Of a stretch of DNA of 64,000 nt, positions 50,701-61,724 are shown in pieces. Under the pieces are notes generated by a model. It saw only the letters and a program-made list of their open reading frames with translations. It ran no database searches and was not told where the DNA came from. A program made the translations under genes and the position numbers. The stretch comes from Paraspadella gotoi (lineage: Eukaryota > Animalia > Chaetognatha), in assembly GCA_051294375.1 (NCBI GenBank), contig CM119265.1, positions 14,980,963 to 15,044,962 of the forward strand, read 5' to 3'. Position 1 is the stretch's first letter. The number at the start of each line of letters is the position of its first letter.

Positions 50701-53700
50701 TCACTCGGTTCCTCAAGCCTGAGAGGTGTCCGACAAGACTGTTACCATAGTGGGAGAGAAAGCGTGAGTTGTGAGGGCATAGGCGTTTGTCGTAGCATAT
50801 CCCAGGGGCATAGGCGTTTTCGTAGCGTACCCTGAGAAGGTTGCGTGTTTGTAGTAGGGGTCACCACTTATGGCAACAGCCGGGTTGCCTGTGATGCCCA
50901 CCAGGATGGGGCATTTCACTGTTGGCCCTGGGGCATCCGACCCCCAGTGACGTCCCCAGCCACCGGCGCGGTCACCCCAGGACGGTCTCACTTTGCCAAC
51001 GCAGAGGGAAGTCATGTAGGATTGTGGATGGAACACTACGCCTGGGATGGTGTGTTCCTCCCTCTGAGCCAATGGATTTGGCTGAAGGATAGTGGGCGTG
51101 AGGCGGTGTGAATATACCGCCACAATATATGATTTTAAAAAATCTTTGTGTATAAACTTTCGTTACGTTACTATCAAAGAAAATTAATAAAAAAATCCGA
51201 AAAAAAAGGAATGATTGATGTAATAGTAATTGATTATTGATGCGATGTTAACCAAATATTGATGCGATGTTAACCAAATATTGATGCGATAACCAAATAT
51301 TGATGCGATGATAACCAATAATTCATACGATACGGCCCTTATCCCGTCTGGCGAGATAAAAATGAGTGAATCTATCTCATCTCAGTAAAGTACGGCAGTG
51401 GTTTCTTTCGTATCATCGGAACTTTGGGAAAGACGGAAAAAAAATTCTTGTAACTCTAAAAGGGGTTGCCCAAATAAATTTTGCTATGATGATCCAAAGA
51501 CTTATCCAGCTTTCCCTTCATTATTTTTTTTGAGGGGGACTACGACTCTCCGGGTGCATCAACAGTAAGAATAGTGAACATTTTTTCTTACATTATCTTA
51601 GCTTTTAGGTCAAACCTATTTGCTTTCCCTTACCAAAAAGTATGCTTAAACTCTCGGATAAGTTTCAAATCTCATTTCATGGTGTCCAGTTGCCCCATTG
51701 CAGTTCCTCATGCCATTACGGAGTTCATTAATATCAATACTTAACCTAAACTATATATTTAATTTTAATTCCCTAATGACTATACACGTGCTAAGTACTT
51801 TTTGTAATAATTAAAAAAGTCAATAGAAAAACAACACCCCATACTAGAAAATAATCCACGAAATGAATGCAATTTATAGGGAAAAAAATTCTATCTACCT
51901 TGGGAAACTTTCTACCCAAGGTCGGAGTCAGACACCCCGGCCTTGATTCTTCCTGAAACGTGGAAAAAGAACGTATCGGTGTAAACAGTTTTAGAAATTT
52001 TTTTAAAACGAAATTTCGTTTAAAAGTACTTACTCTTTGTCTTTTGGTGGGAGTCTTGGCGTTGCTAGGAGTGTTGGTATTAGAGGGGAGAGCGCCACAG
52101 AATCGACGCTTTGTCGGCGTCTTAGGGCGACTGCCAAATGTCATCTCGACTTCCGTTTCACGCTGTTTCTTTCGCAAACGAGACTCACGTTCCTGACCAA
52201 ACCACCAATTAACATTTAACAATACTAACATTCTATTACTAAAGACAAAAAAGCAAGTTGTCGAAGGTTCTTACTCATAATTGAAAACTTACCATTTGCT
52301 TTTCGACCTCGTGATTCTCCCTCTGTCTTGTGACGTATTCTTTATAACCAATCCCGCAGACTTGAAACTGCCGCCCATTTTCCGACTCCCAGGCATGGAT
52401 CTGTATCTCCAATTCTTTTTCCACCTTGGGCAACTTAACGGCCAGCTTGTTTCGTTCCTTCTCTTCCTGCAGTAAGAAAAATGTTTCGATAAAATGGCCT
52501 ATTGTGGCAGCAAGACTTAAAAGCTGCCTCACTGCTGTCCTTCCTCAGCTCGTCTCAATGGCCGAGCAGGCTAATCTACTCATTCATCCGTCCGGCGTCC
52601 GCGTTCAATCTGGGTATCCCGGTTCTGGCTTAAGGTTGACGGTGGCCGGTATAAACATGCCAGTGACAGGGAGGCGTCACTGAGGGTGCGCAGACCCTAC
52701 GGGCCAGTTGGTGGATCCGCCGCCGCCCCGGTTATCAAGGCTATCCTTCCGCGTTGCCATACTATCCTTTAAATTAAGGACTAAAAGTCTGAATACTAAG
52801 TTTAACCTGCAACAGTCCCCCTCCTCGATTGACGAAACGGTTAGGGTCATTTGCTCTTTTCTCAAACTGCAGAAACTGGGTCCACATCATTTCCCAACAT
52901 TCTACCGCCTAAAAATGAACAAAAATGTAACAAACAGTTAATTTTTTCTCAAGGGAAATCATAACATTTTTTATTTTATACACCTGAAACAATCTCTGGT
53001 GCTCCTCGTAGTAGATTTTAAGAAAATCTAATTCCTTTTCGTGAACATCCAACAACTGTTCGTTATAATCTTCATCTTGAAATCCCAGAAAAGCTTCCTT
53101 CTGATCCTCGCTGTTAAAAAAAGGCGATGAGAAAAAAATAAAAAAATCGAATAACAGACACAGTTGCATAAGTAAACGTTATGTAACTAACCTATAGTAA
53201 CACTTGTTCCAGTATTCTTTAATTTGATTACGTAATTTTTCAATAAGTTTTCCCAAATTTGCCCTGCGAAGTTCCTTCATTTGCTGAACTTTTTCCTTAA
53301 AATTGTCGATAACCTGCAATTGGATAAGATTCGTCAATTGCATCATATTTTAAATTATAATACCGAGTAAACGTCTTCGTCATACATATATAATATATAC
53401 GTTAAAGTATAGCACTGTAGTACTTAACTACTTAAGTTTTCCCCGGTTTTTTTTCAAAGAAACTAAGCATTTCACGATTATATGCGATAATTTTTATTTT
53501 TAGGTAAATTGGTAAAGTTCTCCGCCATCATATGACACTCCCCACTCCCGAGACCTGCTGACGGCACCCTTGGTTGTCTTCGATAAACTGCCGTTTAATG
53601 TCGTCTGTAACATCCAGTTGGTCCCAGAGTACGATCAGTCTTCCCTTTAATTCGGCTATGGCCGATCGCCGTTGAGACTCAATCTCTTCCAAATCCTAAC

Positions 53701-54529
53701 AAAGCGATTTCCAAGAACACAATTTAATGTCCGGAACTGATATAGAATAAAAAAATTAACAAAATTTTCTTCGATTTAACTCACCTGACAATATTTTCTC
53801 AGCCCCTCCATATTCCTGGAGTTAAGATCGAAGGATTCTTCGTCCTCGGCAAGAATGTCTCCCTGAAACGTATTGTCGGGAGTCACTCCAACGGCGTCGA
53901 GCAATTTGACTATGTTCCTCTTGAGAATCTTGAATTCTTCTTTCCGCTCTTTTAAAGTTCTTTTCATCAAATCAATGTGAGCCTCGAGTTCTTTGAGCAC
54001 GTCGCGAGAAGGTACGGTATTGGGACGAATGGCATATGGTATCTCCCCCAACTGGTCGGAGAGCGCTTCGTCCACGTTGACGAGAGCCTCCACTTCCTTC
54101 ATACGCTCCGCTTTTTCTTCGCGTAACTTTTGAAGTTCTTTGGGAAGAATGCTGTTTAATTGGAAAGGGGTCGCGTGTTCGGGGGGCTACCGAAAGGGGG
54201 AACTTGTTATTACAGGAGGGAGACTGACCAAAAAAAAAAAAATAATTTACTTCGTAAGGTGCGAGATTGAGTTCGTCGCACAAGGCGGCGATCTTCTGGG
54301 CCAACTGCTCGATCCTTTTCTCGATCTTTGACTTGAGTTCCTCCTCTTCGTTAACGAGGCCCTTGAGAAATTCCTCGACATGGAGAACGACTCCGTTGGT
54401 TCTTTCCATCATGGACTTGGCGTCGAGGCCAAGCGTGTGCCAAATCATGCACATGTGAGTCACGTCCTTGGAGACGCCGGCAACGAGCGCCTCGCGCAAA
54501 CGATCCTCAGATTGACGAATTTGCGACAT
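47782..54529 (-). CDS. PRC1: Protein regulator of cytokinesis 1 (PRC1/MAP65/Ase1/Feo), multi-exon
   Basis: Coiled-coil N-terminus; ANDPNRFVNRGGGLLQEEKERNKLAVKLPKVEKEL...WESENGRQF; EMTFGSRPKTPTKRR. Tentative 3' exons include SNIDSYE|DF and end ...HEAAF* at 47782. Confidence 0.88.
50482..50560 (-). ncRNA. Twister ribozyme motif, type P5 (3' LTR)
   Basis: GGGC AAA GCGA GACCG TCCTAGGG TAA CCGC GCC AGTGACtggaggcTACT G AGGG TCGGAAGC CCC AAA GCCAAC. Core is intact, P3 and P5 are partly eroded. Confidence 0.7.
50921..51000 (-). ncRNA. Mutated twister motif (5' LTR)
   Basis: GTTGGC AAA GTGA GACCG TCCTGGGG TGA CCGC GCC GGTGGC...GTCACT G GGGG TCGGATGC CCC...GCCAAC. UAA is changed to UGA and L4 AAGC to AUGC, so it is probably inactive. 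Confidence 0.6.
51235..51320 (+). repeat. Short tandem repeat (about 22-bp unit tattgatgcgatgttaaccaaa, about 4 copies)
   Basis: Direct reading. It is followed by gtctggcgagataaaaa, which is also seen at about 18887. Confidence 0.7.
52503..52761 (+). mobile_element. Solo LTR of a divergent family-A subfamily with degenerate twister motif, in a PRC1 intron
   Basis: TGTGGC...TTGCCATA ends and a perfect CTAT TSD. Twister-like 52625-52707: CTGGC..GACGG TGGCCGGTA TAA ACAT GCC AGTGAC..GTCACT G AGGG TGCGCAGA CCCT..GCCAG. Confidence 0.75.
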
Positions 54530-55048
54530 TTCGTCGACAGGCGCGTAAATAACGTTCTTAGTTATGATACACGGGATTTTAATTAGCACGGTTTCGAAGA
54601 GGATTACATCTTCTGGTAAACGAATTCTGGGGGATAAGAGGATACAGTAAAAAGCGAATAGATCAACAAATATAAATAATGTCGACTTAAAAAACTATAC
54701 TTAATGTAATCAACAAATTGAAATTTAATTTCCTTAAATTGACAGAATATAATGTAAGAAATGTTGATTGTTTGTATGTGTGTGAATAATCAACGATAAG
54801 GCAACGAGTTCAATAGTGAATACGTTGGTCTACGTAAACAGAATAATAATTTAGGACAGTCCAATGATAAAAAATTAAAAAACAGAAAAAAATGCAAATA
54901 GGGTAAATATTCTTGGCAGGTCAATTTCGGATATCACAAAACGCTTTTTGAAATTACTGGAAATTACACGAAAAAGATTTTTTCAAAATTATATTGAATA
55001 TATTGTATAAAATAATGTGTTAAACTAGAGGCACATTAATGAATTTAT

Positions 55049-55664
55049 TGTAGCGGTAGTATTTCATACTCCGTTACTCGTCCGAGAATCAGCAGCGCCT
55101 TAGGACTCGCGTTCGCGCCCTGCTGATTCACACAAGAAAGCGCGACGGGGCGTCTCACCCACCGGTAGTGACGGACTACAGCCCGATCCAAAGTTCGGGA
55201 ACTTGTGTGCAACGGACGGTGAACTGCTCACATCATCATCTTCCACATTGGTGAGCCCAAACGAACACGCTGGGACGTTAATACACCTCTGCCCGGACAT
55301 GTTAACACACCTCTACCCTCGACCAGGAGACGGGAGCAGGAATAGGCAGTCCCCTAGAGTGCTCAGGTACAACGTGTGCATCAGAGCCATCACACTTGCG
55401 CGGGTTTGTGATGTCTAGGGGGGGGGATGTGTAGTGGTAGTATTTCAAACCCCATTACTCGTCCGAGAATCAGCAGCACCTATAGCGCCGGAGATAGCAC
55501 GAGCTCCTCCAAACCCAAAGGACTCCGGTTCGCGCCCTGCTGATTCACACAAAAAAGCGCGACAGGGCGTCTAATCCACCTGTAGTGACGGACAACAGCC
55601 GGATCCAAAGTTCGGAAACTTGTGTGCAACGGACAGTGAACTGCTCGCGGCATCGTCTTCCACA
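55049..55664 (+). mobile_element. Complete TRIM / LTR-retrozyme-like element, family B
   Basis: LTRs 55049-55247 and 55430-55664 (TGTAG...TTCCACA), PBS TGGTGAGCCCA at 55249, PPT AGGGGGGGGGA at 55417-55427 and a perfect TTAT TSD. Twister-like motifs at 55129-55209 and 55546-55626. Confidence 0.9.
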
Positions 55665-55713
55665 TTATCCATGTAAAAAGTAATCAGCCCTGCTTCCAAT
55701 ATTCGAAACGAAA

Positions 55714-58700
55714 TCATTTATACCTCCTAACTCCATCAACAGTCATTGGACGAGTAAAAATTGTAGGTTTGGGATTTATCTCGACGTTACAGTTTTCGGA
55801 TTCGGCCATTTGGCATAAAATAGTTTCGGTTTTAGGACCGTCACCTTTCCCCATCATTGCCACTGTCCTTAGGTCCTCTTTATCTTCTCTTTTCATTGAC
55901 AGAAAGCTTTTCATTAAGGCCATCTCTTGACGGTGGTTGAGCAGGCGTTCTAGGTCAGCCGCCATTTCAATTTGGATGCCTTGAAGACGATCCCGTTCGG
56001 TTGACAGTCGTTCGATGTCTTGCACAAGGACGGCCGACTGTTCTTTGAGATTTTTAATCTGGACAAATACAAATCTTGGCTAGTTTTTCCGCAAAGTTTT
56101 GACAAAAATTATAGTTTTCATAAATTTCACCTCTTGATCTTTTATTTTCACTGTCTGGATAATGTAACCGTAGGGTTGTTGCGAATCTTCAATGGCTTGG
56201 TTCGCCTTTTCTAACTCTTCTGTAAGCGCCTTCCTTGTTTCGTCTGCAGCTTCAAGAGCCCTTCTTTGAGAGACGTTGGCGCGCTCTAACGCTAAAACGC
56301 GGCGAGCCAGGTGGACGCTCTGCATAGTGCGACGTCGCGCAGAGGAAGGAACGTTGGCACCATAACCATAGGCGAATAAAATCTGAGCAGTGGATTCACA
56401 ATGTTTAAAACTAATAAGTAAAAAACCAGCCTTATTATTTAATTTCATCTTAAGCACCTTATCGGCTTGGGCGTCGTCCTCCAATTCCGCACATTGCATC
56501 ACAACCTGGTCCATTTCCTTCTCTAAGTGTTCGTATACCTCGAGTTTGTCTTTTAAGGTCTTGCATTTCTGTGTCAGCTCTGTGTTGTGCCTCTCCAAAG
56601 ACGTTCGCTCATCAAAGTATTCCTTTGTCGACTTCTCCAGCTTCGAGGCTAAGCTTACGGTCTCTCGTCGCAAATCGTTTGAGATTTGTTGGGCCTGCTC
56701 GTAAAGCACTTGGAGGTTTTCAAATTCAAAGGTCTTCAAACGAAGTTCGTTGGCGGCGGCGGCGCTTTTGGCGTCTGCGTCGATCCGCACCATTTTTGAT
56801 TCGTCTTGGAGAGAAGCGACCTTTTCCGCCAGACGTTTAGCGGAGGCCACCGCTTCCTCCTTTTCGGCTAAAGCCAACTCCTTAGTCTCCCGCAGACCGT
56901 GATTTTCACGGTCATAAAGTTCTCGAATGGAGGCGCGCACGCGGTCGACTTCGTGAGAGGTCCGAAGTTTCAGCGAATCTAATTCATTCTGTAAAGGATC
57001 CTTCTTTGTAGCATTGAACGCGAATTACTAACTCTAAGAGGGCCCACCTTTAATTTTTCCTCATACTGGTTCTTCGATTCTTCCCGTGACAGCACGTATT
57101 TTTCGTACATTTGCTCGCGACTCTCCTTAGCTTTCTCGAGATCTTCGTTGGCTTTGCGCAATTTTTCCTCGGAAAAACTACATCGATTGTCCAAATCCCT
57201 GAGTGAAGAGGGAATAAGTAGAAATTTATGAAGAAATTCGTTGAACGAAAAAAAAACCTTTTTCGCTTCGCCCATTTTAATACAGGGACTTCCATCAGGA
57301 GTGATAAGAAAAGACTTTATTAAACTCGTAATTCTCTCAGTTCATATTATTTTTATAAATCTTATTAGTTAGAAAACGTTTATTTTGACCTAAATTTTTT
57401 TTTCATTTACTAACAGTAGAACCACAGTGGATCACAAGTGCGGAGTTACTTTTCTTCATTTTTTCTTTCAAACTTTAACAGTTAATTTTTAACGCAGATT
57501 GTAAAGTTATTTAATATAAAAATAAAAATTTTTGATGATAGAAAATTATAAAAATTAATAAAAACTTGGTGATTAGTTTTTATTAAAAAGAAAAGTAAAA
57601 ACTAACATATTTTCTATTGGTTCAGAGGGGGAACGCACCATCCCAGGCGTTGCGTTCCATCCACACTTCCCTCTGGGTTGGCAAAGCGAGAGCGTCCTGG
57701 GGTAACCGCGCCAGTGACATAGGTGTCACTGAGGGTCGGTAGCCGCCAAAGACAACTGTGAGATGCCCCATCCCAATGGGCATCACAGGTAACCCGGCTG
57801 TTGCCATACTTTCATAATTTTTTTTCAAAGTGAAATTTTTATTTTTAATTGATTTTAAAGGGAAAAAGTTATAATGATTAAGTATTATTTATAATAAACA
57901 AATCTGTTTTATTTCTGGTTTGTGATACATTTACTACAGTATCATATTAATAAAAAACTGAACCATGACAAAAATTGTTTTAATAGGAAGTGAAGGATTA
58001 ATAGTAAAGTCCTCTTACAAAGTAAACTGCCACAGTACGAAAAAAACATGCAGTGAAATTATAAAGTCACCTGATCTGCCTTTCGAAATATTCCTTGTCT
58101 TGGGCCATGAGGGCGTTCTCTTGCCGCAGATTCCCGTTCTCGCGCGCCAAAGACTCCACCTCTTTGGAAAGTTTCTTCGTTTCGACTTCCAAAAATTCCC
58201 ATTTTTCGTGGACCACCTGGTGACGCCTTTTGAGATCGTCGAGTTCCTCTTTGACGACGTCGTAGTTTTCTTTTTTGAAGTCCCTTTGTTTTGTGGAGAG
58301 TTCAGTCTCCTTCAACTTGGACTCGACCTCCTTCAGTGACTTGGTCAGACGGTTCTTCTCGTCATCTCGTCGGAGTAGGGTTTCTCTAAGGCCGTAAAGT
58401 TCTCTGCCCAGGGAGTCACGTGCCTCCATCGCCGACGCGCGAGCGAGTTTTAACGACTCCACCTCATCTCGCAGTGGCTTCACTACCTCGTAGACCCTCA
58501 TCCCGACGACGTCCTTGATCGGGAGGGAGGATTCGTCGCGTCGTCGCAGCTCAGAATATCGCTTGTCAGACACGAAAAGATCCCGGGTGAGGTTTCTCTC
58601 TAGATTGCCGGCCTTGAGCCGCAGTTCTTCGTTGGAGGCTTCCAAAGTCTCCTGCGCCTCGAGGACAGCCTTAATCTCCGTCCGCGTTTTGTCTCGGGAG

Positions 58701-59520
58701 CGCCGGTGCTCCTCTGCTTGTACAGCTAGCTGCGTCTCCAGCTTGGCGCGAAGTACTTGGTTTTCGTGCTCCGTGTCGACGACTTTCTCCTCTAGTTCGT
58801 CAACTTTCGACATGTAATCCGCTTTCACGTTGTCAAGCTCCAGAGATTTCTATAAAGTTTAAATTTTTTAATCTATTAATTTTTTTTGGAAAAAGGTAAT
58901 AATATTGACCGACCCCCCCCCCGCCCCCCCAAAAAACGTAAAAATCACCTGCGATAGTTCTATTTTAACAAGCTGCAAGTCATGTTCCAACTGTTTTTTT
59001 TCTAACAGCTCCTTGGTTACATTCCGGTCTAACAGACCTACGGAGCCGGCCGTTCTCCTGGATTGCGGACGCCCTCGCTGCGCTGTAGCGTGACGGAGTA
59101 AAAGTCGTCGGCGAATGATCTTAAAATATTTTGGTTTTATTACACTGTATTAATGCCGTTGAAAATATAGTTACGATACAACCTTGTTTTGATTTTCGTC
59201 GGTATCCCCATCATCGTCCTCCCTAGCGTCCAAGAAGGTTGTCGTGGTCGTCAAATCGGTAGGAAGACTAGTTCCGAGAGAGAGACTGGCGTCTTCATCC
59301 AAAGTTACAAAAACTCGATCAGGATCGTTGCCGCTTTTGTCCGCATCGACGCCTGCAGAATATTTAGGAGAAAAAACATGATACATTGAAGGAAAAGAAT
59401 TTTAAAAACTTTAAATTAAAATTATAATTAATAAAATGTAAACTTTTTTATTTTACCTGAGCCACCTTCAGAAGAGACTCGTTCTCCATCTGGTGATGAA
59501 GCTAGCGCGCTACTGTCCAT
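55714..59520 (-). CDS. PIBF1: Progesterone-induced blocking factor 1 / CEP90 centriolar coiled-coil protein, multi-exon
   Basis: VTKELLEKKQLEHDLQLVKIELSQK; KESREQMYEKYVLSRE; YEHLEKEMDQVVMQCAE; AYGYGANVPSSARRRTMQSVHLARRVLALE; QQPYGYII; MAADLERLLNHRQEMALMK. Confidence 0.92.
57616..57808 (+). mobile_element. 5'-truncated solo LTR of family A with twister motif (57677-57756), in a PIBF1 intron
   Basis: Aligns to 6482-6736 and ends CTGTTGCCATA. GTTGGC AAA GCGA GAGCG TCCTGGGG TAA CCGC GCC AGTGACA-tagg-TGTCACT G AGGG TCGGTAGC CGCC AAA GACAAC. Confidence 0.8.
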
Positions 59521-60120
59521 GACGAGAAAACTATTATATTAGCAGCATATATCGATGATTCTCGCTAGTACTCAGGTTTTTTCGCCATCGACAAAATGAG
59601 TTGCCCAGTTCTTAGGAATTCTTTAACAAAAAAACAAGCATCACTGAAATAACAAATCAAGAACTTTCGCTGTCATTTTATGTATATGAACACTGTCGCA
59701 TTCGTCGGCGCGGTATATTTAACAATAATGCGGAACATGAAAATTCGAGAAGGCGAAATGTATCTAAAACGAAAGAGCGTTAAAACCGTTGGTGTTCTAA
59801 TCTCTCACAAACCTAACCTTTCATTAATTTCATCTTAAGAGATCGTCGAAATTCTAAGAATTGCAAGAGACCAAAATATCGCTTGATCTATTAACGCACA
59901 CTTCAGCTACAGAAAGATTTATGGCAATTAATCGTATGAAAACTTCGATGATTTTTTTTTTTTACTGTCCGAGTCGACATAATTATAGTCTAAAATGATT
60001 GCAAAGAATAACATCAACGGAAAGGTAATAACAAATTGGAAACTATTTAACGACGGAGGATGATAGTTTCAGACAGGAAAAGACTGGGGTGTGCGCGTCC
60101 TCGTTTCGATCTCTCCATTG

Positions 60121-60583
60121 TCAGTTCGGCTTCTGGTTTTCTTTGCTCACTGGGCGCCTGTTAGCAAATGAACGAAACCAATTAAAAATTATTTAAAAAA
60201 GCAACTTATTACAAAAATCATTTTCTTCTGCCTTCAAATAATTAGCTAATTATTTACAACGTAGTAAAGCTAAAAGAATTGGGTAAATGGAGGACCAGCT
60301 AACCTGAAAAGTAGGATGTGAGGTTCTGGTTCGTGCATCATAAAGTGAATCCATCCCTGAGATTGTTGAACGCCAAGGCTTCGCCACTCCGCTTCCGACA
60401 TCAAGTGCGTCTTTGGGACCAACTTCGCGATTTCCTTCGGCAACATCACGTGTCTGGCGGAAAAAGATTCTCTCTCGAAATAAGTTAATTAAAATAAAGT
60501 GATTCAAAAGTCACAAACAATAACCTGTACTCGTAATCGCCGTCGAAGTATTTGTCAGAATAGTAAATATTGTTGTGGGACAT
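60121..60583 (-). CDS. CKS1: Cyclin-dependent kinases regulatory subunit (Cks1), 3 exons; not in the supplied ORF track
   Basis: Spliced [20 protein letters not shown]|[50 protein letters not shown]|[11 protein letters not shown]. Confidence 0.95.
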
Positions 60584-61724
60584 TTTCAAAGTATTTTCCG
60601 GCAATAGAGAAAGAAATTAATGTAGCGGGAAAACCATTAAGGAAAGGCCTTTACCGCTTAATCACTTTGTATTTTGCTGTAGAAAAATGGTCTTGAGTAA
60701 AAACTAGGCACACAAAGAACTAAGTGAAATACAAAGAAAAATGATCTTGATGAAAATGTTAAACATTTGAAACATTTTATGTCTCGGTTGCTTTTAATTT
60801 TGGCTTGCAAAATGATTTACCCACACTTAGGGTATCATGTACTTTTTACTAATTTATAGTAAATATTTTTTTAAAAAATATTTTCGACAGGGCAAAAATC
60901 AACATTTCATTAGAAAAATTGAAAGCAAAAATTAATGAAAAGTCGACAAAAAGGATGAGATGAAAATAACAAATGATAAAAAACAAGCTGAATGAAACGA
61001 TCAAATTAGTGCTTCAGAAAATGTAACGCGTTGAAGGGTGTCTGTCATTCGATGAGAAAAAATGCTTACTTAAAAATGACACTAATTTCTGGTTCCGCTT
61101 TCATATATAAAACCTTACGTTAAAATTTACATTTATTCCTAGAAATATACATACGTAAAACTCACTAACAATGCCAAAACGGAAAAGAGAAATCGGCGAG
61201 TTCTAAAACCATTCTCGTTGGTTGTTTTTGGCCTAAGGTTTTTTCATGAAAAAAATTGGTTGCAGAGATGGAGAAAATGATTAAAGCGAAATGACCATGC
61301 TTCTCTACATACTAATTTTAAATCTTTTAAATCGCCAAAAATAACTAACGGTGTTCCAGTATCACATTTTGATTTAAGGCACATACCTATCGTCTCGATG
61401 ACATATTAAACAAACGAGTTATGCAATGTGAAACTAGTGGCAGCAGAAACATCGCACAAACCCCTTCCGTTCAACGCTCGTCCAAAATCTCGAATTAATG
61501 ATTGTTAACTCCGTTCATCCATACGACGTTACTGCGTGTTACTTTAAATTTACAATTTTTCAAGGTATGACTGAAGAAAGTAAAAATAAAATGTGATATT
61601 GTAACAAAGTTTGAGAGGGTCTTTAAATCACTGCCGTGAAACAGAAATGTCGAACTGATGAGCGTGGTGGGGAGCGCGAGTTGGAAAGCATGAGTATGGA
61701 TTTTTTAAAGTGTCTCAAAGTCAT

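Larger units (their letters stand above)
50430..51124 (-). mobile_element. Complete TRIM / LTR-retrozyme-like element, family A, in a PRC1 intron
   Basis: 5' LTR 51124-50869 and 3' LTR 50681-50430 (TGTGGC...GCCATA). PBS TGGTGACCCCTAC at 50866-50854 resembles the complement of the tRNA-Trp 3' end. Non-coding internal region of about 187 bp. Perfect ATAT TSD. Confidence 0.9.

Noticed and set aside
60250-60507. Listed 85-aa ORF as alternative lamin tail exon
   Set aside because: Another frame of the same DNA is CKS1 exon 2.
61655-61690. CTGATGAGCG...GCGCGAG hammerhead-like start
   Set aside because: There is no GAAA core half or stem III.
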